NCBI GenBank assembly: GCA_051362555.1
Contig: CM120641.1
Location: 43,282,401 to 43,346,400, forward strand
DNA from: Lingula anatina
Lineage: Eukaryota; Animalia; Brachiopoda
Reading direction: 5' to 3'
DNA: 64,000 bases
The position numbers were made by a program, and so were the translations under genes. The notes beneath the pieces were generated by a model. That model was not told the DNA's origin and did not search any database. It saw only the letters and a list, made by a program, of their open reading frames with translations. The number at the start of each line of letters is the position of its first letter. Within the stretch, counting starts at the first letter, position 1. Positions 38,298 to 52,439 of this stretch are shown piece after piece.

Positions 38298-40299
38298 TCA
38301 AAGATAACCAGGCAACTGTTTTAATACTGGTCAAAGAGGGGTAGCGTCTTATAGGTGAAATCCCTGTGAAAAAAACAGCGACATTTGAGTCATGTTTGAT
38401 TAAATGCGTATTATTGACAGGTTTTAATTCACGTTATTTAAAAACATATCTATTGATAATGAATTTTGAATCATAATTTCTCTAAGTTAAGTTTGAGGTT
38501 TGTCTCTAGAGTGGTCTATAAATCATTTATTAAAGACGCATTACTCCTCATGGGCAGGAGCAGCGACCATATGAAACCAAGAGTCAATGCCTCAGAAAAT
38601 GCTAAAAAAAAGAGAATACATGTACAATGATCGGAATGGGAATGAAATATTGGCACTTGAAAGTATTGATGTATGCCGAAAGTGGTGCAGTTACTGAACT
38701 TTAACTACAGTACAAACGCACTTCTCACACGCACTCTATTTAATATATGCTAGCAGATATTAGGTCTAGACAGAAAACTGTTAGATGTTTAAAAATCTTC
38801 ATAATCTTACTTACGATAACTAGGCACTCTCTGGCGATTCAAAGAAGAGTGATTTTCCTACGTTTTAAATGAAATTGATTTCTTGTCATTTTTGTTGAGA
38901 AACACGTTGCAGCCAATATACAAGGACACGCCGAGAGAAGCCCAGATTAATTAGATTCTATATGCGACAAAAAAGGACTACTGTAAAACGTAGAAGACCT
39001 GAGCCCATTTTCCAATTAAAGATATTATTTTTCGGTGAAATAAACTGCATATACAGGTACTGATTCAGATCATTACATCATATCATATTATAACACGTGG
39101 TAACAAACCGACGTCAAACTATTTCTGCTTAAATTAACAAAGCTTCATTCCTGAGAGGTTTTCGTTATTTTTACCATATAAAACGACAGCAGTGCTCAAA
39201 ATGGTGAAAAAAAACCTGTAAAACCTCAAAACGTGAATTTATAACTTATTTTGCGTCATGTACTCATTTTACCGCAGCTGATACTACCCATCATCACAGA
39301 AACTGCTTTTGATAGTGTGGAATCGCAGTTGAATACACCGCACCCACTGAACTGCACATCAGGCTATGTGAACCTAACATAAAGAACACCTTAAGTGTGC
39401 CACAAAATAAATGTTAAATTACAGCTACATGTATAACGGCATAACGCCCTTAATGTTTACGTTAAAATTGTACGTTAAACTGTAGAATGATTGATTTCGT
39501 ACTTACTGCTGTTGTGGCACGTAATTATTCAAGTGCTTGGAAACAACATTTTCCTCAGGTTGCAGAACGTTGAAATCCACCCCAGTGATACATACACACT
39601 AGAACCTGAAGGCATATCAATTATCACCACACAGCAAGGCGTTCCTTTATTGCAGTCAGGCTCTCTACGTGCAGATGATGAAGAGATTGAGCCAATGATT
39701 GAGAGACTTTCAGTTACCATGGCAATGAGGTATTGTGTACCACTTAATCCCTTGGTAATCAATTCTATGAATCTGTTCACAACGCATCCCCGTTACAAAT
39801 TAAAGGCATAGAAATCAAGACAATGCCTGCAATGCTAGTAATAAAGAGCAAAATATTTTCTATACAATGTTATGTCATAAAAAATGTATGGCACTTTTAT
39901 CGATTTGATAATGCTATAAAAGAGCATAATTACAATTATAATTTTTTTGTAAAGTAATTTTAAAACAAACTACAATTCTGCATCTTATTTTTGATTGTTA
40001 AATTTATAATTAATACCTAAGAAACAGAAGAAGAGAATGCATGCCAATCACGACAAACAGGTGCTTATATCTGCTATTCTTCAAACGACTCACATATCAT
40101 ATAAATTTATACAATTCTTCTCAAACAGAGACCAATCCTGTCTCCTTATATTAAATCATAATATATTACATAATAATCTTTCTACTCTGGAAACATGATC
40201 ACTCATGTTGCTTGTAGAAATATGATGATTTCTACCGAGTTCTGACTTCAGAAACATGACAATTCTGGTCTTGGGTTCATCTAACACCCCATATTTATC

Positions 40300-40435
40300 T
40301 ACCCTCTACCAGGGTGACAGATTGATTTTTCACAGATATTCACAAATATGTCTCTAGATAAATAGACAGTCATTTGGCTCTGTGTCTGGATTTTTCCGTT
40401 TTTCCCTATATAATCTGCCACCCTGGTAGAGGGTA
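40300..40435. mobile_element. MITE with ~24-bp TIRs ending in TA
   Basis: taccctctaccagggtgacagatt ... aatctgccaccctggtagagggta (one mismatch). Confidence 0.75.
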
Positions 40436-40626
40436 ATATTTATCCACTAAATCACAGAGTGGATATCACCAATATGTCTCCTTTTTCAGATGATTTCCCC
40501 TGTATTTAACATGGTGGTTCCATTGATGGGAAAATCTGAAATCCTCTCCCAGACTCACTTTTGTCTGTTATAAATATTACATAGTATTAAGCACTGTTGT
40601 CTGGGGTTGACTGCAATATCTTTGTT

Positions 40627-43600
40627 TTAGTTTATTTTTCCTGTAGCATTTGGCATAATGGCTTCTGGTGAGTAGTGAAGCTGAAACCCTCTCCCTGCTC
40701 CACTTTCATCTGTTATAAACATCAGCCACAGGTGTCTACCTATGATGAAATTAAAGCTTATACTTTTAAAAAATCAATATCACCCTCTGCGTTTTGTGCA
40801 GCAAAAATTCTACAGTGAGTATGGTGAGGTCATCCAACCAATACAAAGCTATACAGCTACTGTAACATTCTAAAAGCTGTCTGAAAAGAAAGATGCCTCA
40901 GATCAAAAAGGCCAAATATCTAGAAAAAATATTGATATGTTTTTAAAAGCCTACTCTGGTTAAAATGGTGGAATAATCTAATTTCAATGTTTTTTGTTAT
41001 ATACAAAGTTTGGTCAGAACAGACTAAATGCAACAATCAAACAAAAAATAGGTCTGTGTTTCACGCTTTTGCACTTGTCATTCATTATAATATCCATTAT
41101 TTTAAACAGACACACAATGTATCCTGAAAATTCAATAAAGCAATCAATGACCTACCTGTTGACAAGATTTTCCTCGGAATCTTTTTCCCACAATACCTTC
41201 CTAGCAATGGAGATATCCTGTGGCGACCGTCATGAATTTCAACATAGTCAAATTCACAGTTCTTTGTGTTTTCTATATCCATAGTGTCAAACTTGAGTTT
41301 TATTCTGTGTTTAGACTTGACTGTAATTCTCCAGATGCAGACATAGTTATGGGGGTATGTCTTGGGAAAGTTGGGGCTAGTAATTAACCCTTTTCCTGTT
41401 AGGCGTTTGTAGCAGAAACCTGAGAAATAAATTTTGCAATTTAGTTCCTAAAATATAAAGGCAAATTAAGATTTAAGTTGAAAAAAAACGTGTCAACCTA
41501 TAAACACTTTCTGTTAAAAATCTATTAGAGAATATTCTTAAAAAATAATGGGAAATAAAATTATTTTGGCACATTACATAATGAAACAATCTTATTTGCT
41601 AAAAAAAAAGATGCCTCAAAATGTCAATTTTCTTAAATAAAACAAATAACACCTTATTTCAAAAGTCAGTGTGGTCCTGACATGTAACATGGAATCAGAA
41701 AACCAAACAAAAGCTAAAAAAAAAACAAATATATCATATCAATCAAGAAAAGCAGGATTAGAACTTACTTTCTTGCTTATTATACACTATATATCTTGCA
41801 GAGAAATAAGGCATTCTGACTCCTTTCTGTGGTGTCATATGCAGCCGTATCACCATTTTCCCTGACACCGTAGTAATGGCTGACGGCAGCTCTTTCCCAC
41901 AATATCGACCCTTAGATGTCAAATCCTGAGAGAAAAATATACCAGTCATTAATATATCATTAAGTTTTTTCATTCAATATCTATAACAGAAATAATCACT
42001 TTTTAAAATATATTTTTAACCCTAGGATCCCAGTAACATACGTGTTTTAAAAAATCAATGCCAAAGCAATAGAAAAAAGCTCAATTTATTGCCTGCTATA
42101 TTCACATAAGGTATTTATTTTGACAGCTGGAGAAAATCGTGGATGTTGACCTAAGCCATAACACTGCCCTAATCTACAAAAAAATTTAATGTGAATAATC
42201 TTAATGTTTGTATGTTCAGAAAATGAAATATTCTCAAAAATTCAATAGCCATTACATCATAACATTACCTTTCCTTCTCCAGCCAGGACCTCAACATATG
42301 TGTTACTACAGTTGGCAGATGATGGGATGTTAAACTTGCTAAAACTGAACATTATTCTCTGTTTTTCCTTCTGCTTGATGTACCAGTCACATGTACCATA
42401 AGGTTCCGTGGAAGATCTCACTCTGCCTCGAATACTGGTCAGGGTGCTATTACATGTGTCTATTGTAAAAGAAAATACTTAGTGAAAATGCAAAATGCAT
42501 TCCAACAGTGTTTTAAACCATAAAGAAAAAGCCCCAAAATACTTGATGAATTGATAAAAAACTCTGTCACCCCATTGCTTGGAAAACAGGAAAACCATAA
42601 AAAAGCTACATCTCACTGCTATCAATAATACAAATCTTTTAAAACTGAAACATGGCAGTTGAAAAAACTAATTACTGGTACTTGCTAATTAAGCAGGCAA
42701 ACTTTGACTCCTTTGTCATTGTGTAACCATGGTTATGGATGCCATGGCAACTGTAAATGTACTTACCACTAAACTGTACCAGCTTAGGCAGACATTCTTG
42801 ACCATTGGTCAATATGTAACCACGGTGGCAGGCACAGTGGTACCCTGACATGGTGTTGATGCAGTCATGAGCACACTTATGAGACTGCGCGGCGCACTCA
42901 TCGTAATCTACCTGCAGCAAAGAGACAACAGCATGAGGCAAGAGATACATGTAGATCAAATTTTCTTGAGTATATAAAATTTCAGTTTTTGAACAATGGG
43001 CCTTGGAGGATTGCCATTATGGCTGAATATGAATCAAGATTGTGGCACATATTTAAGTATTCATTGGCAGTCTTCTGCTATGGAACTGTGTACAAATTTC
43101 TGAATGCTATATAAAACATGTTAACTTTTGTAAAGCAAAGTTATTTTGCCGAAAGAAATGATTACAAATCCCAAGTTACCCACCTACAATGTAAGCCATG
43201 TGGACAGCATCATGGACATCACTTGACCAATGGATGACCACTTTAGATGTGTTCAATACCAAACTGGAGGTGTTGGCACAGTTATAGCGGACTCTCTTGT
43301 ACCTGCGGTATATAGAAAGCAGTGGGAGAATACATACAGTAACATAATGTTTATGTGTAATAAGCATGATAGAAAATATACAGTCCTTAGAATTAAATCC
43401 ATACTTTTGCACTTCCTTTTTGTCTAGCCGTTATTAATTTGATCACAACTGTCACTTAACTGCACATTTATCAAAATGGATTCTACTTATCTCTTCAGTA
43501 ATTTATCACTACATCATTTGTCAATGACACTCTCTTTTCAATGTCTGTATTTGGGAATTACACATAGCCCTTCTTAACAAACAACTAAAAGTCAAACATT

Positions 43601-46600
43601 TTAATTATAAAAAACATCAACCAGCCCCTTATCTTATAAGACGAAATAAGACTATGCCCTCCCCTGTAATATTTATCGCCCTTTGTCATATAGTACCAGT
43701 ACATGTAGTACCTGTCAAACTCCCCAGTTCTCTGTTTACTGTTCTCTGTCAGCACGTATATGTTCCCCAGACATCTGGATGTCTTACTGAGAGTGCGACG
43801 TAACAAAGACACCTTCACTCTGGTGGCATTAGCACCTGCAGAAAAAAGGAAAAAGTGGAATGTACAGAATGAAGCTTTTGTAAAAAAATCTCAACATTTC
43901 TGGAAAAAAAACATTGTACATTTGTCTTTGAAATCTTCAGTTCCATATAAAAATTTTGGTGTGGGGGGGGGGGGGGGGAATACAAATTCTAGTATTAACT
44001 AACTGACTTTTCAACAATTCTTTTTTTTAATTTTCTGTATGCTATGATTATCATTCTGTATTTTGCTTATCTTATATAATTTTCATGCACAAAATTCTCA
44101 TTCTGTCTCTCACTAAAATATCTAGACATAAAACATCGAGTCACAATTATTTTTCATTTATTAAAATCTGTCAAAACTGATAGCAAAAACAGATCAGGTA
44201 GGATGTACTAGCATTTGTTCCTCACTATATTTTCTTACCTCCGCCTATCCTCCAAGCACAGCGCACCACCCCTGTGAACCTCACAGGAACCAGCGGAGAT
44301 GACACGTCGCCACGGTGATGGGTCAGATCTTGGTCACAGTCTGTATTCATGTCAAACAAGACAAATTTTGAATTTCAAAAGTAAGGTGAAAAAATGGTGA
44401 AAGCTAAGTTGTAAGTAAAAAGAAAACTGATGCAAACATTCAAAATATTAATAGGAACAAAATGTTATGAATATATATGTATAGAAGTTTTCAAAGTGAA
44501 AAATGCTGCCTTCACATATTTAAAATACATGCATGTTTTTTTGAAAATGTATTAAGCACAGCAAAACTGATTTACAAATAGTTACACACAGTCACTGTGT
44601 GACTTGTACTGATGTCACCAACCTGCAATATAGAGAGACCGCTGTAATTCTTCAAACTGGCCGCCAGATCCATCCCCACTCCCTGTGTCTGCTTGCTCCA
44701 GGGATTCTGCAATGTATGAAAAATTAGTCTCTGCTAATCATTCCCTTTCTTACTTTGTTTCTTAAATAACATTACAAGGTATAATGATGAATTTATTACA
44801 ACAGACTGCATTAGAATTAGAGTTTTGTAAGAGAAGAATGTTGTCACATGTAGCTGCAGTATATTCTGAGAACAAAAGAGTGATATAACTGGAGCTTATT
44901 CAATTTTCAACGTTCTTGACCAATGTCCCACATCTACATTACAGAAATAAAATCAAATTACAATCTGGCAAAAAAAAAATAAATTAACATTCTCACACAA
45001 ACATTTCCATAATTTAGGTACTGAATAGCTTCACATATTTACATACTAATCAACCTGAACTTGGCTTCCATTCCTTTCAGAGACACTGTGGCATCGCTGT
45101 GGAACCTGATCCACAGACCAACAGACGAGTGGATAATACCAGTGCTGCCCTCTCCACACAGCCGACCAATCAGGGCGCCATGCTCACTAGTGCCTTCCCT
45201 GACCTCTATGTAGTCAAATGTACAGTTCATAGAGGTCTCCAGGGAGAATGAACTGAACTCAAGGTGGACTATGTGACCTGGTTAGGAAATAAAGTTAAAT
45301 ATACTGTCTTAGATATCTGTCTTTTACATCTGGTTCTGGGCTATAAAATTCAAGGAACAACATAACAACTATACATCTGTGTTATTATCTATTTTAGATA
45401 ATAAAATACAATTCTATTTGAGAACTATCTGCTGAAGTACTTATGTTTAAACCCGTCTCACTTAAATCATCTGAAATTTTTTTCAACAAGTCTCACTTAA
45501 AATTCTATATTCATCAAAAATTAATAATAATAATAAAGAAAACAATTAAATGTGCTTTGTACTTCCTAAACCTGCACTTCAAACATATCTAGCTGATTAC
45601 AAAAATCCAATTTCAAACCAAGACTTTTAAATATCCTACCTGGTATTGAATGTATAACCCATGTACACTGATGATCTTTATAATACTTGATGGGATAATT
45701 TGGTGTGGAGAACTTGCCATAGCTTGTGTTGAATACTTTGTCACAGGAGGGCCCTGAAAAATGAAATATTATTTTTGTAAATTTAACAACTAAATTATAG
45801 TAATACCGATTAAAATGAGTCTTCTTCATTCTCTTGATCTCAGTTTATAAGAAACAACATATATTTTCCATACTCACTATGTAAATTTACCAAAAAACCA
45901 AGCGACAAAAAACCAAAGTCCTTACTTGGGCAATTATACAGTAGTGAGGCCTGCATTATATCCCCAGGACTGAGAGCTACTCTCTGGCCAATCTGGATGT
46001 TTGGCTGAATAGTTTCTATGGTGACCTTGCCATTTTTGCTGAATGTTTTCTGAAATAAAACAACAGGCTGCATTTCCTTCTTAATCAACCAATGCAATGC
46101 ACTGACACATTTGGCAGAGTCTGTCACTTCTCACTATCCCATCTTTTTATATTCAGAATTTGAAATATAGAGATACTGGAAAGTATAAAGGCATTGCAAC
46201 TTTATGTTCTGGCTTGTACAATGAAATTTGTTTTGGTGATAGAAAACAATAAATCATACCTCTTTGTAGTGCATGATAGAGTAGTAATCATATGGCTGTC
46301 CAAGTGAGTCAATTTCAAAGATGGACTTTTTCTGAAAGTTGTCCTGCTTAGAAATTTCAATGTTGTCCTTGACAATAGTGATATACTGGTCACGGTCTGG
46401 TCTAAAGTGACAAATGTTAAAATTATGCACACATGATGTACATGCAAGTACATGTACGAAAAGCTGACATAATGTGCTGTTAATGCATATACATATACAG
46501 CTGACATATTACTCTATCAAATCTTAGAATACCTAATGTAATGTTACTAGGTATTGAGGTACAGTACAAACATATATTACATATTCATCAGGATTCATCA

Positions 46601-47927
46601 AGGATACATCATTAAAGCACACAGTATTTTGCTATGCTCAGTTTCAAATTTGCAAAATAAATCTGAAAAAAATACCCTTTGATAAAAAAAAATAGGAAAA
46701 TTTATGTTACCTATTATGTATTATGTTTCAACATTTTATTTTTGAAAATAACATTTGCGTGCTCTTACCTGCTGTGTTCATGCCAAAACCCAATCACATG
46801 ACCTAACTCATGAATAACAACACCATAATATGTGCAGTGTGGAGACAGCGTAACGTACTGGCGACCATTACCACGGCGACCAACAAATGAACAACAGCTA
46901 CGATATGAAAAAAATAAAACTAATTTTAAAAAAACAATGAACATCAATTAGAATCAATTTCTAATCAAGGATTCCATATGAAAAGATAGAGAAAAATATG
47001 AAAAATAATAAGCAAAAAGTTATTTCTTTACTAATTAAAAATGGTAACGAAACTGGATTCACTCAAAATTTTGAAAATAAATGTAAGAAGCAAGTCCAAG
47101 CAATTTTTGATGGGGTTGGTTTCACAACAGAACCTAAGACCCAAAGTTGGTCTAAACAGTAAGACTAAAAATTATGGTCTACTACAGTTCAGGATTAATG
47201 TTCATTTAGTCTACTAAAGATAAGTAACCCCTGGTCTGAAACTTGGTTTAGTTCCTTTGGAAATCTGGCATGTGGTGTCATGGTCAGACTGTACTTACCC
47301 ACAGCTTCCGGGAGCAAACTCAATATAGTCTTTCTGTGTAGTTCTCTTCACAAACCTGATACAGGTGTTCTCTTCCCAGTGTGCCATAGCCTGGTGAATG
47401 GTGGCAAGCATGACAGCTGTATCATAATAGAATTATTATTATTATTTATATCAATTTTCAGTATCAACTATGCAGTAAATGGAGTGAACTGATTCATGCA
47501 CGCAATGGACAGTGTTACAATAGCAAATATATGGATGTAACTAATTAATACAAAAAAATTGATGTTAATATATATGATTTCAATTTAACTAATTGATTTC
47601 AGTCTGATTAAATAGATGTGCTACAGTGTACGGTTTATTAAAATGACTCCAATAACCTCAACTCTTATGAGGACAGACAATGAATTTTTTTGTTTATGAA
47701 GCATGTGGCTTATATCCATAACCATTTCAGGTCTGAGCATACAGCCTCAAGAACTATTGAATAATATACAAAAGACAACCACGTCTGTGGCACAATGTGG
47801 CTTTCTCTGCAATCCTTCCCTGAACAGACAAAAACTCAAATTTGACTAAAACAGTTACATACCAGCTACCCATTTACTGAATGCGACAATAATCATTGAT
47901 GCCTACTTCCACGTATTCTATAAATCT

Positions 47928-47981
<54 letters not shown>

Positions 47982-50900
47982 TAGGCAACTACAGGCACAT
48001 ATCATTTACCTGTGATATTGGGTCCAACTACATAGGGTACAGTAGCATTGGGCCACAGTCTTTCTGGTAATGCTGTTACAGCACGGCGGCGTCTAGGTAA
48101 CAACTTGTTCTGCATAAAAAATTAATTAATACATTTCAAAATCCAATATCTGAAGTTATTCAATAAAGCACGAATGATGTCACCAACAACCTCTTCAAAG
48201 AGAATCTGACACTTTTAATAACAACTGTTACAATCTTTATACAAAATTACAAAGTCAACTTGCCTGATCATGCTGTATTTTCTCATAAAGCATATATCCA
48301 TCTTTCTGAATAAGCTTCACAATGTCTTGCTCATCTCTCCCCGTTAGTTGATACCTGTCATTTTCTGCATTAGGTAACTTAGAGCTTCCATCCACAACTA
48401 AAACACATGAAAAGTAGAAATCAGGTGAAAAAATAGTGTCAGGCTATACAAGTGTGAATAAACAAATTAATTAATAGCTCCAAACAATTCTTTATCCATC
48501 AATTGATCCATCAATCTTACAATCTATCAAAAGAGCAAGTGGCGCTCCTTTGAACTGAAACAACTACATTATACCAATTAAAATATCCCACCACCACCAA
48601 TGGCAAATTTTAGACAGGAAATGAAAACATTTGTGATAATATATTACACAGTCCCAAAGAGTTCAGTGTTGTGCTCACACTGCAAATAATTTACAGACTG
48701 GGGCTGTTTCAAACCAGTTCAGTGTTCTGCCAATATTGTGAATAATTCACACATTGGAGTTGTTTCAACTGAATTCAGAGTTCTGCACACACTGAGAATC
48801 ATTTGTGGACCAGAGTGGTTTCCTGGTAGTCAGCTGATATTGCTGGTGCAAATGTGTGCGTACTGCACGGCCTTTTAATTGCCAGGAGCTTGACCTTACA
48901 GGCATCTAGGTACTAGTACCCTGGTCAATTCTACATTTCTTTAAAAGTCAGGTGCCTGGCTTTCATTTCTTCTACTGATAACTTTATCTGCATCTTTATT
49001 GACCTTTTTACTTATCTCACAATTATTTGCAATGAATTTGCATGACGTGTGCTGTATAAATAATCTTTCTTCTCTCACAGAAGGGTAAAAAAAAAAAAAA
49101 AACATTAAAAATATTATTGCTTTTATTACGCTAGCAGCTTTCGCCTGTAACATGTACCACAATGTTTATATGTGAAACACTTTGGTTCCTCATTATTGTT
49201 CATAAATGTTAAATAACAGTGGCAGTCTGTTTGTATCAGATGAGACGTAGCTGTGCTATACTGAAACATAAAACTGGTTTGTTAGGTTCTCACACTTTCA
49301 AGTCATAATCAAAACCAGCAATATTATTTCAATTGTTGGCATCTTCCTCATTTCTGGTCAGTGCCAAGAAAACCTGTCAGCAGATGTCTTCTGGAGGGCT
49401 CCACCAGTATTTCACAAAATAATCTCTGCACTAGTGCGGAAGTCAGGGTCAGAGGTACACAGTATCCATGCTCAGACCAACTTTCTAGGGGAGTGCTTAC
49501 TATACATTCAAATTCATTTAAAGTACCTCCAATTTCTACCTTTTTGACTACCCTTGGCTAGAAAATTACCTCCCCCCCCCCCCCCCCCCACCTCTTCTTT
49601 GAAACAAAAAGTATCCTTATGTTCAAATCTGGCAGAAACTCCTTTAATGACTTTAATAGGGATATACTAGTAGTATATCAGAGACCTACAAAAATGCCAC
49701 TTTTTAAGATTGATGGGGGACATATAACCTCTTTATATAGACACAGGAGAGTTATTGTAAACTGAAAATCTCACACACAGCTGTGCTGAAGTTTCAACCT
49801 ATTTGTATTCAACACCCAGGGCCATGTGGCAAATTAAGTCTTCAGCAAACCTATATTAGTTGGAGTTTGATGGTCTTCATCATTTGGTTGAGATTCTCCT
49901 TTTTTCTTACTTTTTAATTTTTCTTTATTTTAATCTTTATATATTATTCACAAAATCTTTAACATTGAAGTCTTAACAGTCTTCAAAATCACAGAAATCT
50001 AATTCTTGTGGAATTTTTTTTTTCATTTCTTTGTACTTGAGATTGTGTAATTTAATAAATAGAAGTAGTTAGTTTTAATGCTGTAAATATTATAATTATT
50101 GTAAAGCCATAGTTGTAAGCATATGTAAATTTTTCAGGAATTCATGACAACTGAAGCCATCTAAAAATGACGTACAGGACTGGCTGAATCTTTGCACATG
50201 AATGTGAATGGAAAAGAATCATGAGATCTGCCTTCAAGCCACACTATTTTCACACTTTTTCAAGGTCATGGTGTAAAGTTTCAGCACAGAAGATTTTGGT
50301 CACATTTCATTATACCAAGATGCCATAAAATTGATTGCCAATGCCAAGAAAAAATATGGTACTTCACACTAAAAGCACGGCTGTTTTGTGCTACTGGGAA
50401 CTCTTTCTAATTTTTCTACCAGTGTTATTCCCTCTCAATATATAAGTTACAGCTTAAAGTAAATTCATTTCACTGGTTTAAATAAAGGCAACAATTAACA
50501 CCACACCTGAATGTGGTACCCCAGTACACAAAACAAACTTTATGTTGACACAGCAAACTAGCTAAGTTTACTGAAAAATGGATTCATTGAGTGGCATTAG
50601 AGAAGGTAACTTAATCCAGATTAACAATGAAAAAATATTTCATTGCCTTTTCTGAATAGGAATAATCTTGCAATAAGAATGTACACAGTGTACATGAGTG
50701 TACTGTACAGTACTAGTACAACGCCATCTGATGACACAGTGAATGTTTCTTTTTACCTGACTGAAAACCCCACTAGGTAACGTTTAATTAAGAAGTCGAA
50801 TTTCTCTCAAAAAAAGAACGGTAAAAATCACCTATTCAGTGATAAATATTCTTTGTAATTTGAAGTTACATGTATATGTCCTCAAGAATTACTGTTGATA

Positions 50901-51129
50901 TTGTCTATGCCTATCGTCTTACTCAAATTTAATGTGCACACGATTTACTAAAAAATTAAAATTGAATAATAACTTGCAGTCTAAACATCCAAATGTCACC
51001 TTGGACTAGATTGCATTGAACATTAAACTTACCATGTTTCCTGATTTTCATGGGTTCTCCTCTTGTGGCTGACAGAGAAAAAATGATGAAAAAACAACCC
51101 GAAAGCAGAGAGATTCGAAGCGCACACAT
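40627..51129 (-). CDS. BMP1/tolloid-like astacin (M12A) zinc metalloprotease with CUB and EGF domains, multi-exon
   Basis: Exon 1 51033-51129 encodes signal peptide [24 protein letters not shown]. Prodomain exon 48264-48397; furin site RRRR|[11 protein letters not shown] (48010-48109); [10 protein letters not shown]; [24 protein letters not shown]|PDRD (~46770-46898); Met-turn SIMHY; CUB (~45043-45753); degenerate CUB (~43180-44340); Ca-[15 protein letters not shown] (~42767-42911); CUB (~41769-42459); CUB (~40627-41419) ending TAA. Confidence 0.93.
47930..47978. repeat. (CA)n microsatellite in tolloid-like intron
   Basis: About 24 CA units. Confidence 0.98.
48661..48825. repeat. Degenerate 56-bp tandem repeat (3 copies) in tolloid-like intron 1
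   Basis: gttcagtgtt/attcagagtt recurs at 48661, 48717 and 48773. The period is not a multiple of 3, and the minus-strand frames contain stops. Confidence 0.65.
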
Positions 51130-51372
51130 CGCGCCTAGGGAGATTCCGAAGTGATTCTAAGTAGGTCAAGTCCCTTTAATAAAAGTCACAAGACAAGCCC
51201 AATCAGCACGTAGAAAGTACGTACTAGTTAGTACTGTAGTTTTAGAAAAATGTCAACAATAAGGATTAATCGCAAAGTTCTAGAGTTTCTATTTCTCAGT
51301 ACTATTTTTAAAAATGAATAAAAGAGGTTTAAAATTTGATTGTCTTGTACGTTACGGTAAAAAAGCATTTGG

Positions 51373-51628
51373 CAGGGGCGGATCCAGGATTATTTGAAGG
51401 GGGGGGGCTGGGATGGATGCCAACCTTCGCCCCCTTGGTGTGGGGCTCGGGGCCTGCTCAAGGGCCCATAAAATTTTTGGTGTTTTGGAGAGCAAACATA
51501 TTGTCCTTTGATACGGTTTAGAACTTTGATTTAACTAGTCAAAATTCTAATTTCAAGAGGGGGATGTTATATATTTTTAAGAAACTGAAGTGGGTGGGAA
51601 AGGGGTCAGGCCTCTAAATCCGCCACTG
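51373..51628 (+). mobile_element. Non-autonomous DNA transposon with cag(g/t)ggcggat TIRs
   Basis: caggggcggat ... atccgccactg inverted termini; internal similarity to 21314-21672. Confidence 0.7.
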
Positions 51629-52439
51629 TTTGACCCTAGTACTTGACCCCTAAATAAAATGAAATGTTCTAATTATCATATACTGATGAAAAAATGTAAT
51701 AACAGTACTAAGAATAGATATGTAAAAAAATTAATAAGTTCAAGATTTCGAAAAATTCGTACGCCCGTACATTAACTGCACTGCTCGTTAAACTTAACTG
51801 AAGATAATTCATACTTTTCGATTTTATTTCAACAGGTAAATGCCATAAATCATTATTGACAAAAATTAACATCTTCTGACGAACCTCGATGCCTATGAAC
51901 CATGTTGTCAGGGTTTTAAATCAAACGGAATCAGGAAGTCAGTGGGAGAATGTTAATTAAACCCGAAATGATGACGTTAATTAAGGCCTTTTTCATTTTC
52001 TCAGATTGTGCATGTTCCCTTAATGAAAGTGAAAAAATAAAAAAATGCATAATGCGAAAGAAAAGGAAAAAACAGACATCAGCAATGGTGTTAGAAATGT
52101 TCAATCAATATTATTAACAGACAAATGGATAAAGTTTATGTAAAATAGTTTTTCTCTTTGCAGTTGCAAAGAGGTTTTATAAACATCTTGGATCATTAAT
52201 TTCATTGCTTTATTCAGATGAAAATTAGCTTGATTTATTTTTTAATACAACCAAAATATAGTTTTAGCAATTTCGATTTACACTGAAAACCTTAAAGATA
52301 TAGCTGGGCAAATTGTAGGCCTACAATTTTTCCAAAATCTATTTTGGAACCGTTTGCAGACACGGTATATATACATAGATGTTATATTGAAATGTTTTTC
52401 TTGAATGTCTTTTATTTGTCTTTTCAGCCATTAATGATT

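Noticed and set aside
48941-49162. Possible extra tolloid prodomain exon
   Set aside because: Exon 1 splices in phase directly to 48397, and this segment lacks a good donor and any homology.
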